Shown piece by piece: positions 58,687-63,169 of a stretch of DNA of 63,169 bases (position 1 is its first letter; each line of letters starts with the position of its first letter). The stretch is from a virus (taxonomy: Duplodnaviria > Caudoviricetes): positions 1 through 63,169 of the IMG/VR virus record IMGVR_UViG_3300043468_000449. The stretch is one strand, 5' to 3'. The notes under the pieces were generated by a model. It made no database searches. It was not told the origin of the DNA and saw only the letters and a program-made list of their open reading frames with translations. A program made the translations under genes and the position numbers.

Positions 58687-58841
58687 TCCTCTCCTCCTTT
58701 GTATTGATGCACATTGTAGCCATACGGAAGATTTGGATTCCGCTTCTCCCATCGCTCCAGACGCTCTTTGCCGTCTGCTTCTTCCCGTTCTTTCTTCTCT
58801 TGCCAGTAACCTTCAGGGTCGTCGTGAAAATCAGATTTCAT
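58683..58841 (-). CDS. Small hypothetical protein (not in the ORF track)
   Basis: Translated by hand, 52 aa: MKSDFHDDPEGYWQEKK... Confidence 0.5.
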   Translation of the reverse strand: MKSDFHDDPEGYWQEKKEREEADGKERLERWEKRNPNLPYGYNVHQYKGGEE

Positions 58842-58859
58842 AAGGCTTAATTTAAATTC

Positions 58860-59132
58860 CTAGTCTGCTTGGTTTGTCAATGAGATTTTATGTTTCAAAT
58901 GTTCTCGATATAATTCGACATCCTGCCCCAACGCTTCGCCCCATCTCTCAAACTCTTCCCCTGCGAACCACTCCCTTGCCTGCTCTCTGTTCTTTTGAGT
59001 CTCTTCGTTAACATAGTCGCTCTTATACTTCTTAATATTCAAAGCGTCTTCCCACGCCTGCTCGATAACTCGGCACATGACGCATCTCGTAAAATAAAGT
59101 TCATTCAATTCTTGTTGCGTCATACAATTCAA
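58860..59132 (-). CDS. Hypothetical protein
   Basis: VIEQAWEDA...AREWF pattern. Confidence 0.6.
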   Translation of the reverse strand: MNCMTQQELNELYFTRCVMCRVIEQAWEDALNIKKYKSDYVNEETQKNREQAREWFAGEEFERWGEALGQDVELYREHLKHKISLTNQAD

Positions 59133-59502
59133 TCCCCATCAAGCCTGCTACATCCAATGAACTCTCATCGCTCGGATATGTTTCACCATACACTATCTTT
59201 TTGATGCCGTATGACACAATCGTCTTCAGACAATTATTGCATGGCAATGTCGTACTCGCGATCAACCATCCCTCATCAGGCTTGACATACCTCAATGCAT
59301 TTGCCTCTGCGTGGACAACGAACAATCGCCGCCTCTCCCTGCACTCCCAGTCCTCATCAACGCCTGATGGAAAGCCGTTGAATCCCACTCCAGCAACAGT
59401 CTTGTCATGCCGCAACACAACCGCTCCTACCTGTCTCCACGGGTCTTTGCTTTTCATCGCCGCCACCCTCGCCAACTCCAATGCGTAGCGTTCCCAATTC
59501 AT
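59101..59502 (-). CDS. dCMP deaminase family protein
   Basis: SKDP..QVGA, GFNG.P.G, VHAEANA and PCNNC zinc motifs. Confidence 0.92.
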   Translation of the reverse strand: MNWERYALELARVAAMKSKDPWRQVGAVVLRHDKTVAGVGFNGFPSGVDEDWECRERRRLFVVHAEANALRYVKPDEGWLIASTTLPCNNCLKTIVSYGIKKIVYGETYPSDESSLDVAGLMGIELYDATRIE

Positions 59503-60401
59503 ATCGTGAATAAGTCAATCCAATTTTTAATCTTGACACTCCAGTCGTAATTCTTCCGCGCATACTCTCGCACCATTTCGCACTTTAACCGATATGCCCT
59601 CGAATCGTTTTTGAAATCTTTTAAAATCATCGATGTGACATTAACAAATTCATTGTCATCCATTGGTACAAGCACACCTCCACCTTTAATTGCATTCTCC
59701 TCAAAGTATCCCACAGGAGTTCCAATCGGCAACCTGCCTGCCGCCGCACATTCCATCATTGGCAGTCCTCCTGCTTCCTCGATACTGCCCATCACAACTG
59801 CACCTACCTGCTTGTAATAAGCTGGCATCGCAAGGTGGTTGTAAAACTGGTGCTTCTTTAGCTCCAGTCCGCTTTTCTCAATAGCCAACTCAACCAACTT
59901 GGGTCGCTTTATTTCAACCCCAAACCAGTTCTTCGTCTCGCCTGATCCACCATATCCCACAACCTCTAGCTTCTCCGCTATCGGCCCATCGTACACATCA
60001 ACATGGATTCCCAATTCAGCAATTTTTGGAATACGCGAAATACCCCATTCACAACACTTGCTTTTCAGTACCTCGCTAATCACTCCAAACCCTCCCAACT
60101 TCGGGTAGAAGTCCTGATCCGCTTGCTGTTTTGCCAACAAGATATCCCATTGCCCGTGAGCCACAGCAACGATCCTCTCCAACTCGACCCCGTACCTGTA
60201 GTGCAATGCCAACACCGCATCAGGCATCGTTACGAAAACATCGTACGAATCCCTCAACAACTTGAACTCTTCAGCAGTATAGCCCTGCGTCCAGTCCAAA
60301 AGGTTCGCATAGATGCCGTGCTTCCATAGTTCCTTTGCCAGTCCATGATGGATCGATCCAAACGCCCATCGATTTTGCGTGAAAAACAATACCCTCTTCA
60401 C
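59499..60401 (-). CDS. GT-B glycosyltransferase (GTG start at 60401)
   Basis: S.EEAGGLPMMECAAAG.LPIGT.VG and a terminal YDW. Confidence 0.8.
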   Translation of the reverse strand: MKRVLFFTQNRWAFGSIHHGLAKELWKHGIYANLLDWTQGYTAEEFKLLRDSYDVFVTMPDAVLALHYRYGVELERIVAVAHGQWDILLAKQQADQDFYPKLGGFGVISEVLKSKCCEWGISRIPKIAELGIHVDVYDGPIAEKLEVVGYGGSGETKNWFGVEIKRPKLVELAIEKSGLELKKHQFYNHLAMPAYYKQVGAVVMGSIEEAGGLPMMECAAAGRLPIGTPVGYFEENAIKGGGVLVPMDDNEFVNVTSMILKDFKNDSRAYRLKCEMVREYARKNYDWSVKIKNWIDLFTI

Positions 60402-60973
60402 AATGATACATTCCTTTTCACCACATAGCCTCGCATCACAGCATAGTTGTACCAGCAATGCGTCATCTCCGAATCGTTCCAATGGAACCATCCAAAGACC
60501 TTCTTGTAATACTGGACATCGAACCTCGACGCCAAATCTAGTAGGCTAAAATTGTTCTTGTGTATCTCGTATCCGTTCCCTTCCCAAGCATCCTGCGGCA
60601 TCTGGCTGGGCCAAATCGCAATCACCCATTGCGCTCGGTATAAGAAGTAATCCAGATAGTCGATTGCTTGCGATCTGAAGAAGTGTTCCAGCACATCACC
60701 AAAGATCACCACATCGTGCCTTTCGCTCGCCTGCTTATCGCAGTACGACATCAAATCCATCTCGTACAACTCGTCGTACACCTCTTTCAATTTATACTCG
60801 TCAATATAAACCTTCGTCGGCTCGACCCCGCCAATCCTAGCTTGAGGACATAACTCGCGAACCATCTTGCCGTGCTTGCCTGCTCCAGCACCGACATCAA
60901 GAACACTATTCGGATTTATCTTGACCAGATGCTCTGTCAGCACCTCGTCAAATGTAGATGATGAAAATGGCAT
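60398..60973 (-). CDS. Class I SAM-dependent methyltransferase
   Basis: VLDVGAGAGKHG and DVVIFGDVLEH. Confidence 0.9.
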   Translation of the reverse strand: MPFSSSTFDEVLTEHLVKINPNSVLDVGAGAGKHGKMVRELCPQARIGGVEPTKVYIDEYKLKEVYDELYEMDLMSYCDKQASERHDVVIFGDVLEHFFRSQAIDYLDYFLYRAQWVIAIWPSQMPQDAWEGNGYEIHKNNFSLLDLASRFDVQYYKKVFGWFHWNDSEMTHCWYNYAVMRGYVVKRNVSL

Positions 60974-61230
60974 CAGATTAAATTAGGCAGTTTGCGTTCT
61001 TCCTTCTGTTCGATGATCCAGTTCCAAACCCTACGCAAAGTCTCTGGACATCCTTCGCAGATTTCTCCTTCTTCATTTGTCCATTCGGTAAAGTATCCGC
61101 AATCGTGCTTGAGAAATTCCCTTATTGTTTCTTCAAGGTCGTTAAGCAATAGAAGCGCATCGACTCCAGCTAATGCGTAGCGATGCTCCTGCTCCTCCTC
61201 TGGCAAGTCGAATTCAAGTGTCGCCTTCAT
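60973..61230 (-). CDS. Hypothetical phage protein (MKA.LEF.LPEE family)
   Basis: 85-aa ORF coupled to its neighbours. Confidence 0.7.
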   Translation of the reverse strand: MKATLEFDLPEEEQEHRYALAGVDALLLLNDLEETIREFLKHDCGYFTEWTNEEGEICEGCPETLRRVWNWIIEQKEERKLPNLI

Positions 61231-61577
61231 TGTTTGTCCTTCCGTTCAATTGCCGCTTCGTTGCTGTACCGCTCCCCGTATCGTTTCTCCAGCTTTAGAC
61301 GATTGATCTCGACAACCTCATCCAGTCTGACTCCGCGATGGTTCAGCACTCCTTGGATGTAGAACAGCAGATCACCGCATTCCTCGATGACATTCTCCCA
61401 ATCCAGAGGCTTGCCGTAGATTGCTGACTTCTTGATTGCATCTAGCAATTCTCCTGCCTCGCCAGACACTCCCATAGCCATGTGGACTAGGTGAGCCTGC
61501 TCTGGCGTTAGTTCTGCTGTGATTTGCTCGCCTGATTTGCACAGGCGAGAAACGAATTCGTGATATGGATAGTTCAT
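61227..61577 (-). CDS. MazG-like nucleotide pyrophosphohydrolase
   Basis: GVSGEAGELLDAIKK...EECGDLLFY...N..KL.KRY. Confidence 0.9.
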   Translation of the reverse strand: MNYPYHEFVSRLCKSGEQITAELTPEQAHLVHMAMGVSGEAGELLDAIKKSAIYGKPLDWENVIEECGDLLFYIQGVLNHRGVRLDEVVEINRLKLEKRYGERYSNEAAIERKDKQ

Positions 61578-62695
61578 AGTGGATATTTCTTGGTTAGCGC
61601 ATAGATGCCGTTGCCCTCGGCGTACCACCCCTTGCCTTCGTAAACATCAAGGATGTCCTGAAAGTACTTTTCATACATTGGCATCACAGAGTCGATGCTG
61701 AAGTTGTTCGCGAATAGCCTGCAATCCTCTGACTTGATCTTGCCTTGCTGGATAGCCTTCACCGCATCTACGAAGTCTCCCATCGTCCTGCATCGATAGC
61801 CTGTGATGCCATGCAGGTTATTCTCTGCGAAACTGCCCCAGTCGGTGGTAATCGTCGGTGTGCCAGAGAACAGGTTCTCGACCTGAACCCCGCCGAATGG
61901 CTCGACATACTGCGATGGTACGAATGATGCCATAGCTTTCGACATGAGTTGCTTCCGTCTCTCTACATCAGCATAGCCGACATACTCGACATGGCTAGGC
62001 AACTGATAGCCCTCTTCCTTCTGACCTGCCACTACTAGCCGCACTCCTGCTCGTTCTGCCGCTTGAAAGGCTATATCGCATCCCTTGCCACCATAGACCC
62101 TGCCAAGGTACAAGAAATAATCCTCCTTCTCGTCATTGCCTCGGTAAACGAAATCTTCAGGATCGAAGTAATTCGGAATGACAACCTCGTACCAGTCCTG
62201 CCGACAGGTTCCTACATTGCCCAGACCGCAGTACGCATGGTAGATTGCGTAGCTCTCAAAGACCTTCCATCGCGCCCAATGCCCGCCAGCATAGCCGATA
62301 CCCGGCTCAACACAGATTAAGTCAGGACGGGCGTCACAGACAGGACGCACTCCGCTACCCCAGAACGGCAGGATAAAGTCATGCTTCTGCTTCCGCTTGC
62401 CTACCTCGCGAATAGCGTTGCGATAGAAGGTCTGGTACGCATGGTCATTGACATCAAACTTGAAGAAGGTCTTGCGCCAATCGTGCGATCCGTACGCTTG
62501 CTTCAAGTCATCGTTCCCAACCACAGAGATGTGTTCAGCACACTCTAGCTGGCTATCTTCATGCCCATAGTGCAAGACCTCATGTCCTCGCCGGGTCATG
62601 CCTTGCGCGAATTTAAGTACCTTCTGCGTGTAGGCACACGCTACATACTCTTTACTGGTTACTGTGTGCGGCAAGCCGAGGATGTGAAATCTCAT
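61574..62695 (-). CDS. GT4 family glycosyltransferase
   Basis: YLGRV..GKG, EPFGGVQVE..FSGTP.ITTDWG and HGITG. Confidence 0.9.
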   Translation of the reverse strand: MRFHILGLPHTVTSKEYVACAYTQKVLKFAQGMTRRGHEVLHYGHEDSQLECAEHISVVGNDDLKQAYGSHDWRKTFFKFDVNDHAYQTFYRNAIREVGKRKQKHDFILPFWGSGVRPVCDARPDLICVEPGIGYAGGHWARWKVFESYAIYHAYCGLGNVGTCRQDWYEVVIPNYFDPEDFVYRGNDEKEDYFLYLGRVYGGKGCDIAFQAAERAGVRLVVAGQKEEGYQLPSHVEYVGYADVERRKQLMSKAMASFVPSQYVEPFGGVQVENLFSGTPTITTDWGSFAENNLHGITGYRCRTMGDFVDAVKAIQQGKIKSEDCRLFANNFSIDSVMPMYEKYFQDILDVYEGKGWYAEGNGIYALTKKYPL

Positions 62696-62940
62696 GGCTT
62701 GATCCATTGTACTGGTGACTTGGGCGATATTGCGATGCCTTCCATACGGAATACCGCGAACGGAGTGTCAGGGAACTGCTTTGCAAGCCGCTCGCACTCG
62801 ATTGACGCATCCATGTGACTTGGGTGCATTGTGGTTGGAGGGTAGCTGGAATGTATCTGATAATTCTCGTTGTGATTAAGCCAGAGACGCACGATCAAGT
62901 ACCTCTCTTTTGTTTTGCGTTGGTTTTCTGTATTTTGCAT
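62692..62940 (-). CDS. Hypothetical protein
   Basis: 82-aa ORF with PT..H......E.ERLA...P...F.V. Confidence 0.6.
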   Translation of the reverse strand: MQNTENQRKTKERYLIVRLWLNHNENYQIHSSYPPTTMHPSHMDASIECERLAKQFPDTPFAVFRMEGIAISPKSPVQWIKP

Positions 62941-62986
62941 AAATGCTGTTCAAGTATCAACTACTGCCGTTATTGGAAGTTATAGC

Positions 62987-63169
62987 CTATTTCCGCTTGA
63001 TAACTCCATGGTATTTATCGATATACGCCTGAATCTTGATCATGTCATTTTCAGCCTGCTTGATCCCAGTAGGCGTATAGTCATAAGTATACTGGTAGTC
63101 TGGCAATCGTACGCCTCTTTCTAATCGAGGTCCGATAGGTGCGCCATTAAAGCAAATGGCAATGCGGAG
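62987..63169 (-). CDS. 3' part of a 66-aa ORF spanning the circular junction (TTG start at 145)
   Basis: MKPELSLRIAICFNGAPIGPRLERG...HGVIKRK reads continuously from 145 across the repeat to the stop at 62987. Confidence 0.6.
   Translation of the reverse strand, partial: LRIAICFNGAPIGPRLERGVRLPDYQYTYDYTPTGIKQAENDMIKIQAYIDKYHGVIKRK
63043..63169. repeat. Terminal direct repeat, copy 2
   Basis: Identical to 1-127. Confidence 0.95.

Overview
This window looks like a complete, circularly permuted dsDNA tailed-phage genome of about 63,042 bp. Bases 1-127 repeat exactly at 63043-63169, and a short ORF reads through the junction. Nearly every plausible gene is on the minus strand; the one clear exception is an HNH-like gene inserted in the lysis cassette. 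In transcription order the genome carries: early genes behind operator-containing promoters (11.8 to 6.7 kb); recombination and replication genes (RecT-like, PD-(D/E)XK nuclease, DUF1376 initiator with internal iterons, DnaC-like loader, SSB, RusA-like); the small terminase; a glycosyltransferase, methyltransferase, MazG and dCMP-deaminase block; large terminase, portal, scaffold, tRNA-Leu(TAA), two more glycosyltransferases and the major capsid protein; collagen-like and Gly-rich fibres, an esterase and lysis genes; a podovirus-like adaptor and nozzle; and ejection proteins ending in a 3528-aa polyvalent protein and an atypical tRNA-fMet. I recognised no integrase, repressor, DNA polymerase, reverse transcriptase or CRISPR array. 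The strongest candidate for a new system is at 24.4-28.9 kb. Five small proteins there start Met-Gly-Gly, and three of them end in a conserved 14-residue F-[ST]-[LM]-P-x3-[GS]-[LI]-[QK]-F-G-G-X tail. They are interleaved with a PAPS-reductase-like PP-loop enzyme, a YkgJ Cys-cluster protein and a GNAT-like gene, which suggests phage-encoded conjugation or modification of ejection proteins. All product calls come from reading motifs and synteny by eye; no database searches were run.
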